37,240 nt of DNA from Gemmataceae bacterium (GCA_009691815.1 SIAL01000001.1:1-37240); one strand, 5' to 3'; shown: positions 26,623 to 36,016, numbered from the stretch's first letter. The notes: generated by a model from the sequence alone, not told the origin. A program made the numbers and translations.

Positions 26623-27747
26623 CTATTCCGCTTTGGTGGAATCCGCTGATCCCGCGAAAAAATTCCGGATCTTTTCAAAGAAACTCTTGGTTTGGGATTG
26701 GGGATGATTATCTTCGAGGTCTTTTAATTCCTTGAAAAGCTCTTGCTGTTTGGTGGTCAATTTGCGGGGAGTTTCCAACCGCATTTGCACCAACAGGTCA
26801 CCAGGTCGGCCCCCTCGCAAATTGGGCATTCCCCTTCCGGGAACCCGGAGGACCTCCATGGATTGTAACCCCGCAGGGATATTTAGTTTTACTGGATCAC
26901 CAATAATGCAGGGAAGCTCAAGGCTGTCCCCAAGGGCGGCCTGAGCAAAGGAAAAAGGAACTTCGCAAATCAAATCGGTTCCGTTTCGTTGATAGAAAGG
27001 GTGTTTCCGAACCCGAATGAGGACATACAAGTCCCCTGGCGCCCCTCTAGCAGGGCCAGCCTCTCCGTAACCTGTCAACCGAAGGGTTACTCCATCATCC
27101 ACCCCGGCTGGGATCTTGACCTCCACCTCTTGTTGAACGGGCCGTGTCCCCTTGCCGCCGCAATTTTTGCACGGGTCCGCAATGGTTTGGCCCGCTCCAC
27201 CACAAGCAGGACAGGCTCGTTGGATCCGAAAAAAGCCTTGACCTTGAAGGACAGCGCCTTGGCCATCACACTTTCGGCATTTGGTTTTTTTGCTGCCCGG
27301 TTTACAGCCCGAACCAGAGCAATCACCACACGATTCACTTCTGGGAACTTTGATCTTTCGGGTGATTCCTTTGGCGGCCTCTGCCAGATCAATCAGGGTT
27401 TCGATCTGGAGGTCTTCGCCGGAATTGCGCTGTTGTCGCCCGCCCGAACCCCCAAAGAGGTCGTTGAAAATGTCGAAAATACTTCCCTGGCCACCGGATC
27501 TATCCGCGGTTTCAGAGGCCTCGATTCCAGGAAAGCCATAGCGATCGTATCGTTTTCTTTTGTCCTGATCCCTTAGGACCTCGTAGGCTTCGTTCACTTC
27601 ACGAAAACGGGCCTCGGCATCCGGGTTGCCCGCGTTGCGATCGGGGTGCCACTGCATGGCCAATTTGCGAAATGACAATTTGATTTTTTCATCATCAACC
27701 CCCTTTTCAATTTCGAGGATTTCGTAATAGCAGCGTCTATTGGCCAT
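26623..27747 (-). CDS. dnaJ: Molecular chaperone DnaJ (type I)
   Basis: J domain (YYEILEIEKG...WHPDRN), a G/F-rich linker, and four CxxCxGxG zinc-finger repeats (CGDCSGSG, CRKCDGQG, CPACGGAG, CKNCGGKG). Confidence 0.95.
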   Translation of the reverse strand: MANRRCYYEILEIEKGVDDEKIKLSFRKLAMQWHPDRNAGNPDAEARFREVNEAYEVLRDQDKRKRYDRYGFPGIEASETADRSGGQGSIFDIFNDLFGGSGGRQQRNSGEDLQIETLIDLAEAAKGITRKIKVPRSESCGDCSGSGCKPGSKKTKCRKCDGQGAVLQGQGFFRIQRACPACGGAGQTIADPCKNCGGKGTRPVQQEVEVKIPAGVDDGVTLRLTGYGEAGPARGAPGDLYVLIRVRKHPFYQRNGTDLICEVPFSFAQAALGDSLELPCIIGDPVKLNIPAGLQSMEVLRVPGRGMPNLRGGRPGDLLVQMRLETPRKLTTKQQELFKELKDLEDNHPQSQTKSFFEKIRNFFAGSADSTKAE

Positions 27748-27775
27748 CTCAACGGATCCGTACTTTCCATAAGTC

Positions 27776-27828
27776 TAAACGAAAAAGGACGAACGGAAGG
27801 GATATTTGGCCCGACTCGTTCGTCCTTT
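27776..27828 (-). terminator. Intrinsic terminator downstream of groEL (copy 1)
   Basis: 12-bp perfect stem aaaggacgaacg/cgttcgtccttt (27784-27795 / 27817-27828) with a 21-nt loop, 20 nt after the groEL stop. On the minus strand it is followed by tttttcgttt. Confidence 0.5.
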
Positions 27829-27847
27829 GGAAGTCCCCCGACGATTC

Positions 27848-29482
27848 TTAGCGAACCGCTCCGACAACTTTGGTGGCGTGGTCGTCCTCGTCGATCTTGG
27901 TGATCATTACTTCGGTGGTGAGCATTAGCCCTGCAATGCTTGTCGCATTGGAAAGGGCTTGTTTGGTTACCCGGGTCGGATCAATGACTCCCGCCTTGAA
28001 GAGGTCTTCATACTTCTTCGAGACTGCATTGAAACCAAACTGGGGACCCTTTTCACCAACAGACCGAATTTCTTCAATCACCACGGCGCCATCAAGGCCC
28101 GAGTTTTCGGCGATGGTCCGGGCGGGTTTTTCCAAGGCGCGGTAAACGATTTCCGCACCGACCTTTTCGTCTTCGTGCAGCTTCTTTATCAAGTCGGCAA
28201 CGGCCTTTTGGCAGCGAAGCAACGCGACACCACCACCCGGAACAATGCCATCGGCAATGGCGGCGCGGGAGGCATGCAGGGCATCTTCAACGCGGCCCTT
28301 GGTCTGTTTCATCTCGGCTTCGGTGGTTCCACCGACGCGAATGATGGCAACCCCGCCTGTCAGCTTGGCAAGGCGTTCGGTGAACTTTTCCTTGTCATAG
28401 TCCGACTCGGTTTGGTCCATCTGTTTGCGGATCTGGGAAATCCTCTTTTGGATGCCGTCCTTGCGGGCCGCATCCATCTTGCTCACCACAATGGTGCTGG
28501 CTTCCCGCTCCACGGTGACCTTTTCGGCCGTGCCCAAATGTTCAAGGGTTACATTCTCGATTTTGATACCGAGGTCTTCGCTGATAAAAGTTCCACCGGT
28601 AAGAATCGCAATGTCACCAAGAATGGCGCGCCGACGATCGCCAAACCCGGGTGCTTTGATCGCCACGACTTTGAAAACACCGCGCATTTTGTTGATAACC
28701 AAGGCGGCAAGCGCCTCGCTTTCAACATCTTCCGCGATAATGACGAGTTCTCGGCCAGCTTGGGCGACCTGCTCAAGCATGGGAACCATTTCACGGACAT
28801 TGTTGAGCTTCTTCTCATAGATCAAGATGAGAGGATTGTCCATCTTGGCGCTCATGTCCTCTGGATCGTTGATGAAGTAAGGAGAGATGTAGCCTTTATC
28901 GAACTGCATGCCCTCGACGAGTTCAAGCGTGGTCTCGGAGGTTTTTCCCTCTTCAACCGTGATGACTCCGTCTTTGCCTACCTTTTGGAAGGCCTCGGCC
29001 ATCATGTCGCCGATTTTGCGATCATTATTGGCGCTGATCGAGGCGACCTGAGCCACCTCTTCGGTGGAGGACATGGGTTTGGAGAGTTTGGTGAGTTCTT
29101 CAACCACTTTCTCCACGGCCTTGTCGATACCTTTTTTCACCGCCATCGGGTTGGCGCCCGAGGTAATGTTGCGAAGGCCTTCTTGGTACACGGCCAAACC
29201 GAGGATGGTTGCCGTGGTGGTGCCGTCACCCGCCTTGTCGGAGGTTTTTTGCGCCACGGCGTTGATCAACTTGGCACCCATGTTCTCGAAGGGGTCGGCA
29301 AGGTCGATTTCCTTGGAAACTGTCACGCCGTCCTTGGTGACCGTTGGTCCGCCAAAGCTCTTGTCGATGATCACATTTCGGCCGGTGGGCCCAAGGGTGA
29401 GCCCAACCGCATGGGCCAACTTCTCGGCACCTGCCAAGAGCTTTTTCCGGGCATCATCCGAGTAAAGCAACTGCTTCGCCAT
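27848..29482 (-). CDS. groEL: Chaperonin GroEL (Cpn60), copy 1, no GGM tail
   Basis: Full-length Cpn60 with [25 protein letters not shown] and [11 protein letters not shown] blocks. AAGGAG lies 8 nt upstream. The C-terminus ends [16 protein letters not shown], without the usual Gly-Met repeats. Confidence 0.97.
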   Translation of the reverse strand: MAKQLLYSDDARKKLLAGAEKLAHAVGLTLGPTGRNVIIDKSFGGPTVTKDGVTVSKEIDLADPFENMGAKLINAVAQKTSDKAGDGTTTATILGLAVYQEGLRNITSGANPMAVKKGIDKAVEKVVEELTKLSKPMSSTEEVAQVASISANNDRKIGDMMAEAFQKVGKDGVITVEEGKTSETTLELVEGMQFDKGYISPYFINDPEDMSAKMDNPLILIYEKKLNNVREMVPMLEQVAQAGRELVIIAEDVESEALAALVINKMRGVFKVVAIKAPGFGDRRRAILGDIAILTGGTFISEDLGIKIENVTLEHLGTAEKVTVEREASTIVVSKMDAARKDGIQKRISQIRKQMDQTESDYDKEKFTERLAKLTGGVAIIRVGGTTEAEMKQTKGRVEDALHASRAAIADGIVPGGGVALLRCQKAVADLIKKLHEDEKVGAEIVYRALEKPARTIAENSGLDGAVVIEEIRSVGEKGPQFGFNAVSKKYEDLFKAGVIDPTRVTKQALSNATSIAGLMLTTEVMITKIDEDDHATKVVGAVR

Positions 29483-29521
29483 CTGGTATCTCCTTCAAAT
29501 GAATGGGGGTTAGCCTAGGTG

Positions 29522-29836
29522 TTACTTGCTTGATACCAAGCGGGCCAAAATGTCGGACTCGCGTAGTATTTTGTATTCCTTGCCATTGATTAGGACATCG
29601 CTGCCCGCATAACGGCCATAAACCACTTCATCGCCTGCCTTGACGGAAAGAGCGGTTACGGTGCCATCATCATGGCGCTTGCCTTGACCCACGGCAACAA
29701 CCGAGCCCCTTTGGGGTTTTTGCTTGGCATTATCGGGAAGCAAAATGCCGCCAGAGGTTTTTTCCTCGGCTTCAAGTTGCTCCACAACCACACGGTCATC
29801 GAGGGGACGAATCGAAACAGGTTTCTCTTTTGCCAT
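29522..29836 (-). CDS. groES: Co-chaperonin GroES (Cpn10)
   Basis: Trimmed to MAKEKPVSIRPLDDRVVVEQLEAEEKTSGGILLP... (104 aa), a typical GroES. The ORF-track N-terminal extension has no support. Confidence 0.95.
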   Translation of the reverse strand: MAKEKPVSIRPLDDRVVVEQLEAEEKTSGGILLPDNAKQKPQRGSVVAVGQGKRHDDGTVTALSVKAGDEVVYGRYAGSDVLINGKEYKILRESDILARLVSSK

Positions 29837-29878
29837 GACCTTAATCTCCAAAAACAACTTAAAAAACGGAAGAAATTC

Positions 29879-29912
29879 AAAAAGGGAGAGCCCAACCCTT
29901 TGCTGGGCTCCC
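29879..29912 (-). terminator. Terminator-like hairpin between groEL copy 2 and groES
   Basis: On the minus strand, gggagccca/tgggctctccc forms 9 bp with a 2-nt bulge and a 9-nt loop. It starts 9 nt after the groEL2 stop and is followed by TTTTT. It may be a partial terminator. Confidence 0.4.
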
Positions 29913-29920
29913 AAGGGGAA

Positions 29921-31645
29921 TTACATTCCCATGCCGCCCATGCCGCCCATGCCAGGCATGCCGCCACCCATTCCGCCCATGCCGCCCATGCCTTCGTCAC
30001 CATGATGGTGATGGCCTTCCCCTTCGGGTTTCTTCTTTTCGGGAATGTCAGCAATCAGGGATTCTGTGGTCAACAGCAAACAGGCAACCGAGGTACCGTT
30101 TTCCAAGGCGCTGCGGGTTACTTTTACGGGGTCGATAATCCCGGCTTTGCGAAGGTCTCGGTATTCGCCAAGGTCCGCGTCAAATCCAAAAGACTTGTCT
30201 TTTTCCTTGTAGATCCGGTTGACCACAACGGCGCCATCATGACCAGCGTTTTCCGCAATCATGCGGCAAGGGTATTCCAAAACCTTCTTGAGAAGGTTAA
30301 CCCCGGCCATTTCATCACCATTGAGTTCGCTTTTGGAAAGGAAAAGTTCGGGCTTTTCAAGAGCCTTGCGGCCATTGAGCAAAGCGACGCCGCCGCCAGG
30401 AACGATCCCCTCGGCAAGAGCCGCGCGGGTTGCATGAAGGGCATCGTCGTAAAGAGCTTTGCGCTCTTTCATTTCGGTTTCTGTCGCCGCGCCCACTTTA
30501 ACTTGGGCCACGCCACCGGCCAGCTTGGCGAGTCGCTCTTGGAGCTTCTCTTTGTCATAGTCGCTGTCGGTTTTTTCCATTTCGCGACGAATCAATTCAC
30601 ATCGCCCGGCGACGGCTTTTTTATCGCCAGCCCCTTCGGTGATGGTGGTGTTTTCAGAGTCGATGCGAACCTTTTTGGCCCGGCCAAGGTCGGTCAACTT
30701 GATATTCTCAATGGTGACGCCAAGGTCCTTGAAAATGGCTTTTCCACCCGTGAGGGTGGCAATGTCTTCAAGCATGGCTTTGCGACGATCGCCGTAGCCC
30801 GGAGCTTTGACTGCCGCAACATTAAGAACACCTCGAATCTTGTTCAACACAAGGACGGCAAGGGCTTCGCCTTCGATGTCTTCGGCAATGATAAGAAGGG
30901 GTGCGTTCTTTTTGGCAATCATTTCCAGAAGGGGAATCAGCGTCTTTGCCGAGCTGATTTTCTCTTCGTGGATGAGAATGAGAGGGTTTTCGAAAATGAC
31001 GCTGACATCTTCTTGATTGTTGACAAAGTTAGGGCTCAGGTAGCCACGATCAAACTGCATACCCTGAACCACAACAACTTCCGTGTCGGCGGTTTTACCT
31101 TCTTCGATGGTGATTACGCCGTTGGTTGCACCAACCTTGTCCATGGCTTCGGAAAGCTTCTTGCCAATTTCGGAATTGCCATTGGAGGCAATGGTGGCTA
31201 CTTCGGTAATCGACTTCCTATCTTTTGGGTCGATCTTTTCGGCAATCTTATGGAGTTCGGCAACTACCGCAGTTACCCCTTTTTGAACGCCACGGGTCAG
31301 GGCCATCGGATCATGTCCGGCGGCGATCATTTTGAGGCCTTCACGGAAAACAGCTTCGGCAATTACTGTTGCCGTGGTGGTGCCATCACCGGCCACATCA
31401 CTTGTTTTGCTGGCGGCTTCCTTGATGAGTTGGGCCCCCATGTTTTCAAAGGGATCCTTCAATTCAATTTCTTCGGCAACCGTCACGCCGTCTTTGGTAA
31501 CGGTTGGGCTACCCCAGCCTTTGTCAAGAACCGCATTGCGACCACGGGGCCCCAGGGTGCAACGAACCGCCCGAGCCAACTTGCTGGCACCTGCCAAAAG
31601 TTTCTGCCTCGCGTCGTCGCTGTAAAGCATCTGCTTTGCGCCCAT
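29921..31645 (-). CDS. groEL: Chaperonin GroEL (Cpn60), copy 2, with His-rich plus GGM tail
   Basis: Full-length Cpn60 ([36 protein letters not shown]). AAGGAG lies 7 nt upstream. By eye it is about 55-60% identical to copy 1. Confidence 0.95.
   Translation of the reverse strand: MGAKQMLYSDDARQKLLAGASKLARAVRCTLGPRGRNAVLDKGWGSPTVTKDGVTVAEEIELKDPFENMGAQLIKEAASKTSDVAGDGTTTATVIAEAVFREGLKMIAAGHDPMALTRGVQKGVTAVVAELHKIAEKIDPKDRKSITEVATIASNGNSEIGKKLSEAMDKVGATNGVITIEEGKTADTEVVVVQGMQFDRGYLSPNFVNNQEDVSVIFENPLILIHEEKISSAKTLIPLLEMIAKKNAPLLIIAEDIEGEALAVLVLNKIRGVLNVAAVKAPGYGDRRKAMLEDIATLTGGKAIFKDLGVTIENIKLTDLGRAKKVRIDSENTTITEGAGDKKAVAGRCELIRREMEKTDSDYDKEKLQERLAKLAGGVAQVKVGAATETEMKERKALYDDALHATRAALAEGIVPGGGVALLNGRKALEKPELFLSKSELNGDEMAGVNLLKKVLEYPCRMIAENAGHDGAVVVNRIYKEKDKSFGFDADLGEYRDLRKAGIIDPVKVTRSALENGTSVACLLLTTESLIADIPEKKKPEGEGHHHHGDEGMGGMGGMGGGMPGMGGMGGMGM
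29924..29992 (-). repeat. Coding Gly-Gly-Met tandem repeat (catgccgcc-type 9-nt units)
   Basis: Encodes [23 protein letters not shown] at the C-terminus of groEL copy 2. It is preceded by a HHHH run (about 30000-30011). Confidence 0.9.
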
Positions 31646-31890
31646 TCGAATCTCCTTGAGTTATCCAAACCTTGCGAAAAATCCGTGAACCATGGGGCGG
31701 GTCTTTTCTACCCAAAACGCCATCGGCGCACCCCTTTGTTAATCAATACTTAAGCAACCCCTGTGCCGACCGGTGAAAAAGCCGCAAACCATTGGCGCAA
31801 ATAAGACTTATGTCGCCTTTTCTGCAGCTCATCCCTTCCAAATGTCATGTCAAACTGGCAGAAAACTCGTGGAAGGGAACCCTTTTGGCA

Positions 31891-31922
31891 AACAAAAAGG
31901 CCCCGGCTTTACCCGGGGCCTT
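31891..31922 (-). terminator. Rho-independent terminator of the BI-1/YccA gene
   Basis: 10-bp GC-rich perfect stem aaggccccgg/ccggggcctt (31897-31906 / 31913-31922) with a 6-nt loop, 28 nt after the stop at 31951. On the minus strand it is followed by tttgttt. Confidence 0.75.
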
Positions 31923-31950
31923 AAAACAGATTCTTGCCGCGATTTATGGA

Positions 31951-32679
31951 TCAATCCCGACTCTGGAAACTCATCAAAATCCGGAAAATGTAATAGAAAA
32001 GGGTTACTGCCGAGCTAAACAGCATCAAAGCCGCCGCCACATACATATCCGAGGGAAACCGGTGCATCACCTCGGAGGTTTGATAAAGGATGCAGGCGGA
32101 CAAAAGGCCAACCATGGCAAAGCTGAACCAAACTCCAAGCGAAAGGTTAAACATAATCGCGCAAATGATCAGGCCAAGGGCCAAGAACGAACCCATCGAG
32201 ATGGCTGTCTTAAGAAAACTGTAATCGGTACCTGTTGTGATCACTGCGGCGCTTAGCCCACCAAACACGCAAAGGGACAAAATGCCCGCGGATTGGGTCA
32301 ACCCCAGCATCTTTTCATGGCCCAGAGTCATTTCCGCATAAAAGAACATGGGTAGAAGCAAAAGGGCTTCCATCGCGATAAACAGGCCCAGTCCAAAATA
32401 TTGGAGGGCTTGGCTGACCCTTTGTGCCGCAATGGTTTGAGCCACCCAGCTGATGGCCATGAATCCCAAGAAGATTCCCAACATACCAAAAGGACTTTTA
32501 CCCAAAAAGCCAAACACTTGTTCTGAGGTCAAGGTTTGCAGCAAAAAGGCTTCCAAAGCCACCAAGGCTAGGAGCGACCCTGCCAAAAGGGAGTAGGTTT
32601 TCCGCAAAAAGGTGGCTCGTTCGGCCGTAGCCGATTGGGCGGCAACCTCAAATCCTTCATTCTCATAACCGTAAGACAT
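31951..32679 (-). CDS. Bax inhibitor-1/YccA family membrane protein
   Basis: 242 aa with about 7 TM segments. It has a family-typical N-terminus (...ERATFLRKTYSLLAGSLLAL) and a charged C-terminal tail. AAGGAGG lies 7 nt upstream. Confidence 0.9.
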   Translation of the reverse strand: MSYGYENEGFEVAAQSATAERATFLRKTYSLLAGSLLALVALEAFLLQTLTSEQVFGFLGKSPFGMLGIFLGFMAISWVAQTIAAQRVSQALQYFGLGLFIAMEALLLLPMFFYAEMTLGHEKMLGLTQSAGILSLCVFGGLSAAVITTGTDYSFLKTAISMGSFLALGLIICAIMFNLSLGVWFSFAMVGLLSACILYQTSEVMHRFPSDMYVAAALMLFSSAVTLFYYIFRILMSFQSRD

Positions 32680-32717
32680 CGGGCACCTCCTTTGGATTGT
32701 ATCCCACTCATCATTTC

Positions 32718-33968
32718 CTATTTTACAGCTTTCGGCAAGGGCAAAGGGTTCGGAAGCCTAGACAAATTGGGAATCACAAGAAACCGGTTGCCTAAAGATT
32801 CTAATCGAAGACCCCACTCCGCCTTGGTAAATCCAAACAAAGTCGCGTAAAGTTTGCCATTCCCGCCGCCGCCCACCCGTAATGGCTGGCTATTGGTCCA
32901 AGAAACTTCCAATACGGCCTCGCCGCTGATTTTTGCATCAACAGGAACCAGTTTCCAAATGGTGGAATCGCCCCAACTCTGGGGCAATGATTTCAGGGAA
33001 AAGGCTTCCACCCCCACATTGAGGTCAAGCGACTGCACATCTTCCCCAAAATGAAAATCCCCTTTGGTGAGCTTTATTTTTCCGCCAAATGCCTTCCCCT
33101 CGAGTTTGTCAAAGGTGACCTTCCCCTTTTCCACAAGAACATGCCCCTTGGCATCCTGTACCTGAAGTTGAATAGCAGGAATAGTAACCTCGACAATTGT
33201 GGGTTCCACTTCAACCCGGTAATCGACGGGTGCTTGGCCAATGGCAAGATCCAAAACCAAGGGTGTTTTGCCTGTTAGTTGGACCGATTCCCAAACGGAT
33301 TGGGGCACGAAAGGAATCGAATGGAGCTTGTCCAAGGTAACCGGAATCGTCCCCGTTTCCAGATGAATGGTCAACGAAAACGCAGGCATGAGGGTTAAAT
33401 AGCCTTTGAGTTTGGGGTTTCCCCATTCCTGATCTTGGGAGGTAAGGTCAATTTGGTACCCTGTTTTATCGGGCAAAAGCTGGCCCGCTATTTGGCGAAT
33501 CTCCAACGGGGGATGTCCTTCTTGCACCAGTCGAAATACCGCATCTTCGACCCGTACCATGGGGAGGTTGCCGGTGGCCCCTTCCGGCCCAGTGATCGGA
33601 AATTGGGTCAAAAGTTTGCCGGTTGGATCAAATGCGATTTCCAACTCTGCCCCGGAGGCATCCAAACAGAGGTTTTCGGTTCCCGAGACGATCGCTTGCC
33701 ACAATCCAAGGTCGACGCTCACCCGTTTTGATTTGACCCAGGGTTTTGCGTTTTCAAAGGCCTTTAATTCCACACCCTCCACCACGCTTGGTCCCATCCA
33801 GGACAGGGTGGTGGATTGGGCCATAAACACCTGTTTCGTGGCTTTGGAAATCTGTTGACAAAGGAAAACCAAAGGCAGGATTAAAGGCAGGAAAAACAGA
33901 CCAAGCCCCAGAAACCCTCCCGGGACCAAGGTGTAAATAAACCGTTTCGCTGTCCGTTTTCTGCTCAT
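32718..33968 (-). CDS. Hypothetical N-terminally anchored beta-rich protein (416 aa), possibly AsmA-like
   Basis: Basic N-terminus and one TM (FLGLGLFFLPLILPLVFL), followed by a long beta-strand-like sequence. It lies 38 nt upstream of the BI-1 gene. The family call is only a guess. Confidence 0.65.
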   Translation of the reverse strand: MSRKRTAKRFIYTLVPGGFLGLGLFFLPLILPLVFLCQQISKATKQVFMAQSTTLSWMGPSVVEGVELKAFENAKPWVKSKRVSVDLGLWQAIVSGTENLCLDASGAELEIAFDPTGKLLTQFPITGPEGATGNLPMVRVEDAVFRLVQEGHPPLEIRQIAGQLLPDKTGYQIDLTSQDQEWGNPKLKGYLTLMPAFSLTIHLETGTIPVTLDKLHSIPFVPQSVWESVQLTGKTPLVLDLAIGQAPVDYRVEVEPTIVEVTIPAIQLQVQDAKGHVLVEKGKVTFDKLEGKAFGGKIKLTKGDFHFGEDVQSLDLNVGVEAFSLKSLPQSWGDSTIWKLVPVDAKISGEAVLEVSWTNSQPLRVGGGGNGKLYATLFGFTKAEWGLRLESLGNRFLVIPNLSRLPNPLPLPKAVK

Positions 33969-34051
33969 TCCGCTGTCCGTGACCCTTTTCTCATCCTATC
34001 CCACTTGCATAAACCATGGATAGGACAAAACACTGATGGGGAAAACGAACC

Positions 34052-34732
34052 ATGATTACCGTGCGTTGGTTGGGTCACAGCTCCTTTCACATAAAGACTC
34101 CCGAATCCTCCCTCCTTATCGACCCCTTTTTCACGGGCAACCCCAAGGCACCCAAGGATGCCATGGACATTCGTGCGGATTACATTTTGGTTTCCCATGG
34201 TCATGGCGATCATGTTGGGGATGCTTTGGAACTTGCCCGCCGGGACAACGCCACCCTCATCAGCAATTATGAGATTGCCTGTTGGTTTGAAGCCAAGGGA
34301 ATAAAGGCTCACGGTATGCAGCACGGGGGCGGTCATGCCTTTCCTTTTGGTCGATGTAAGCTCACCTTGGCTTTTCATGGGTCCGCCTTGCCGGATGGCT
34401 CAAACGGAGGAAATCCCGCTGGGTTTCTCCTCACCTTCAATAATGGAAAAACCTTCTACGACGCCGCCGATACAGCCCTCTTTGGGGATATGCGCCTCAT
34501 TGGCGATGAAGGGATCGATCTTGCCGCTTTGCCCATCGGTGACAACTACACCATGGGCCCTGCCGACTCTCTACGGGCGGTGGGTTTTTTGCGCCCAAAG
34601 CAAGTCTTTCCCATTCACTACAACACCTTTCCCATCATCGAGCAAGATGCCCATGAATGGGCCAGAAATGTTCGATCCCAGACGACCGCCCAAGCGCTTG
34701 TTTTGGAACCCGGGGCCGTAATCGAACTTTAG
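34052..34732 (+). CDS. UPF0173-type metal-dependent hydrolase (metallo-beta-lactamase fold)
   Basis: MITVRWLGHSSFHI...LIDPFFTGNP...ILVSHGHGDHVGDA is the characteristic UPF0173/MBL HxHxDH-type signature. Confidence 0.9.
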   Translation: MITVRWLGHSSFHIKTPESSLLIDPFFTGNPKAPKDAMDIRADYILVSHGHGDHVGDALELARRDNATLISNYEIACWFEAKGIKAHGMQHGGGHAFPFGRCKLTLAFHGSALPDGSNGGNPAGFLLTFNNGKTFYDAADTALFGDMRLIGDEGIDLAALPIGDNYTMGPADSLRAVGFLRPKQVFPIHYNTFPIIEQDAHEWARNVRSQTTAQALVLEPGAVIEL

Positions 34733-34739
34733 GTAAAGG

Positions 34740-35843
34740 CTATTCGGACAGCCAATCCAGAAGGGAGTCCGATCGGGTCAGGGCTTCCAAGGCGGTGTTT
34801 CCAAGCACATTGACATGGCCTAGTTTTCGCCCATTGCGCGGGCTCTTTCCATAAAGGTGTAGCCGTACTCCCGGGTTTGCCAGCCAATCCTCCGCTGGGC
34901 GGTGGGACCCGATCAGGTTGAGCATTACCGTAAAATGACAGGCGTCCGTCAGCCCAAGGGGCCAGCCCAAAACGGCCCGAACATGATTTTCAAACTGGCT
35001 TGTTTTTGCTCCATCCATCGTCCAATGCCCGGTATTGTGAACCCTAGGGGCCATTTCGTTGGCCACCAGAGACTCACCCATTTGGAACCATTCGATGGCC
35101 AGCACCCCTACATAATCCAACGCCTCCATGACCTTTTCCATGGCTTGTCTGGATTGCTTTTCCAAGGGATGATTTGGCCCAATTCCCGGCGCGGGGGCGA
35201 TGGTTTTATGCAAAATCCCATTGCGGTGAAAGTTTTCCACCAAGGGGTAATGGCGAATTTCCCCCTTTGTCGATCGCACCGAAACTTGAGAAAGCTCGCG
35301 ATCAAAAGGAACCAGCCCTTCAAGAATCAAAGGCTGGCTTCCCAGTGTTTCCCAGCCATTGGCCACTTCCAAAGCCGAGTTGAGGCGCATTTGTCCCTTG
35401 CCATCGTAACCGAAGCGGCGCGTTTTGAGGATTGCCGGAAGGCCGATGGTCCGGGCCGCCTGCTGCAAATCTTCTAGGGATTGCACCGAGGCAAAAGGCG
35501 CGGTGGAAATCAAAAGCGATTGGAAAAACTCCTTTTCCACCACCCGGTCTTGGCTCTTTTCAAGGGCCTTTAATCCCGGGTAAACGGGCACATGTTTCGA
35601 TAGCTGTTCGATGGCGGGGAGAGGCACATTTTCAAACTCAAATGTGGCGCAATCGAGGCCCTCGGCAAATCGTTCAAGGGTCTCGGCATGATCCAACGGG
35701 CCCAAAACCAATGGGGAAACATGGCCGGCAGGGGCCTCCTCCGCGCCATCCAGAATGCGAAACTGTAATCCAAGTGGATATCCAGAAAGTGCAAGCATTC
35801 TGCCCAGTTGGCCCCCTCCGATAATCCCCATGCGTTTTGCCAA
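34740..35843 (-). CDS. purK: N5-carboxyaminoimidazole ribonucleotide synthase (ATP-grasp)
   Basis: MGIIGGGQLGRMLA N-terminus, an ATP-grasp core (LPAILKTRRFGYDGKGQ), and C-terminal HLYGK...GRKLGHV. The TTG at 35843 has AAGGA 8-9 nt upstream. An alternative ATG at 35831 gives the canonical MGIIGGGQ start. Confidence 0.92.
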   Translation of the reverse strand: MAKRMGIIGGGQLGRMLALSGYPLGLQFRILDGAEEAPAGHVSPLVLGPLDHAETLERFAEGLDCATFEFENVPLPAIEQLSKHVPVYPGLKALEKSQDRVVEKEFFQSLLISTAPFASVQSLEDLQQAARTIGLPAILKTRRFGYDGKGQMRLNSALEVANGWETLGSQPLILEGLVPFDRELSQVSVRSTKGEIRHYPLVENFHRNGILHKTIAPAPGIGPNHPLEKQSRQAMEKVMEALDYVGVLAIEWFQMGESLVANEMAPRVHNTGHWTMDGAKTSQFENHVRAVLGWPLGLTDACHFTVMLNLIGSHRPAEDWLANPGVRLHLYGKSPRNGRKLGHVNVLGNTALEALTRSDSLLDWLSE

Positions 35844-36016
35844 AATGACCGTCCTTTAATGCAATTCGATTCAGCCTCATTCTACTGTTTTCCGCCCCCA
35901 TGGTCAGGGCTAGGGGAAGGTTCCTTCTCCCTTGTGAAACGCCGGTTTCAGGGTGGGACAAGCCCGTTCCCCTAGAATGATAAATGGATTCCAATAGGCA
36001 ATAACCCCCGACTGAC

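Noticed and set aside
29924-29992. The 9-nt tandem repeat (catgccgcc units), considered as a possible microsatellite or CRISPR-like repeat.
   Set aside because: It lies in frame within groEL copy 2 and encodes the classical C-terminal Gly-Gly-Met tail. It has no spacers and no non-coding context.
27959-31753. Very long ORFs antisense to both groEL genes: 27959-29518 (+, 519 aa) and 29672-31753 (+, 693 aa).
   Set aside because: They lie in the codon-complementary frame of highly expressed chaperonin genes. Biased codon usage there avoids TTA/CTA/TCA and so removes antisense stops. Long antisense frames opposite hsp genes are a known statistical artefact. The products are low-complexity (G/F/N/A-rich), have no motifs and no ribosome-binding site, and the second one even runs across groES and intergenic DNA.
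31646-31950. Search for heat-shock operators or promoters upstream of groEL copy 2 (CIRCE TTAGCACTC-N9-GAGTGCTAA, HAIR CTTGAGT-N7-ACTCAAG, sigma32-type).
   Set aside because: There is no CIRCE or HAIR match. The only hit is a weak sigma32-like arrangement on the minus strand, TTTGGG-N13-CCCCATGG (plus-strand 31692-31716), and an 8-bp inverted repeat tcccttcc/ggaaggga with a 31-nt spacer. Both are too degenerate to call without TSS data.
8-35843. The idea that the ~34 kb between purE and purK is an island inserted into a purEK operon.
   Set aside because: The order on the coding strand is purK...purE, the reverse of the canonical purE-purK. The intervening genes are housekeeping (groESL, dnaJ, grpE, pabB, aminotransferase). 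I saw no integrase, transposase, tRNA, flanking direct repeats or obvious compositional break.
35844-36016. A ZTP or purine riboswitch upstream of purK.
   Set aside because: I could not find the conserved ZTP (pfl) or purine-riboswitch core sequences on the minus strand by eye. Only generic hairpins are present; these are reported separately as a low-interest finding.
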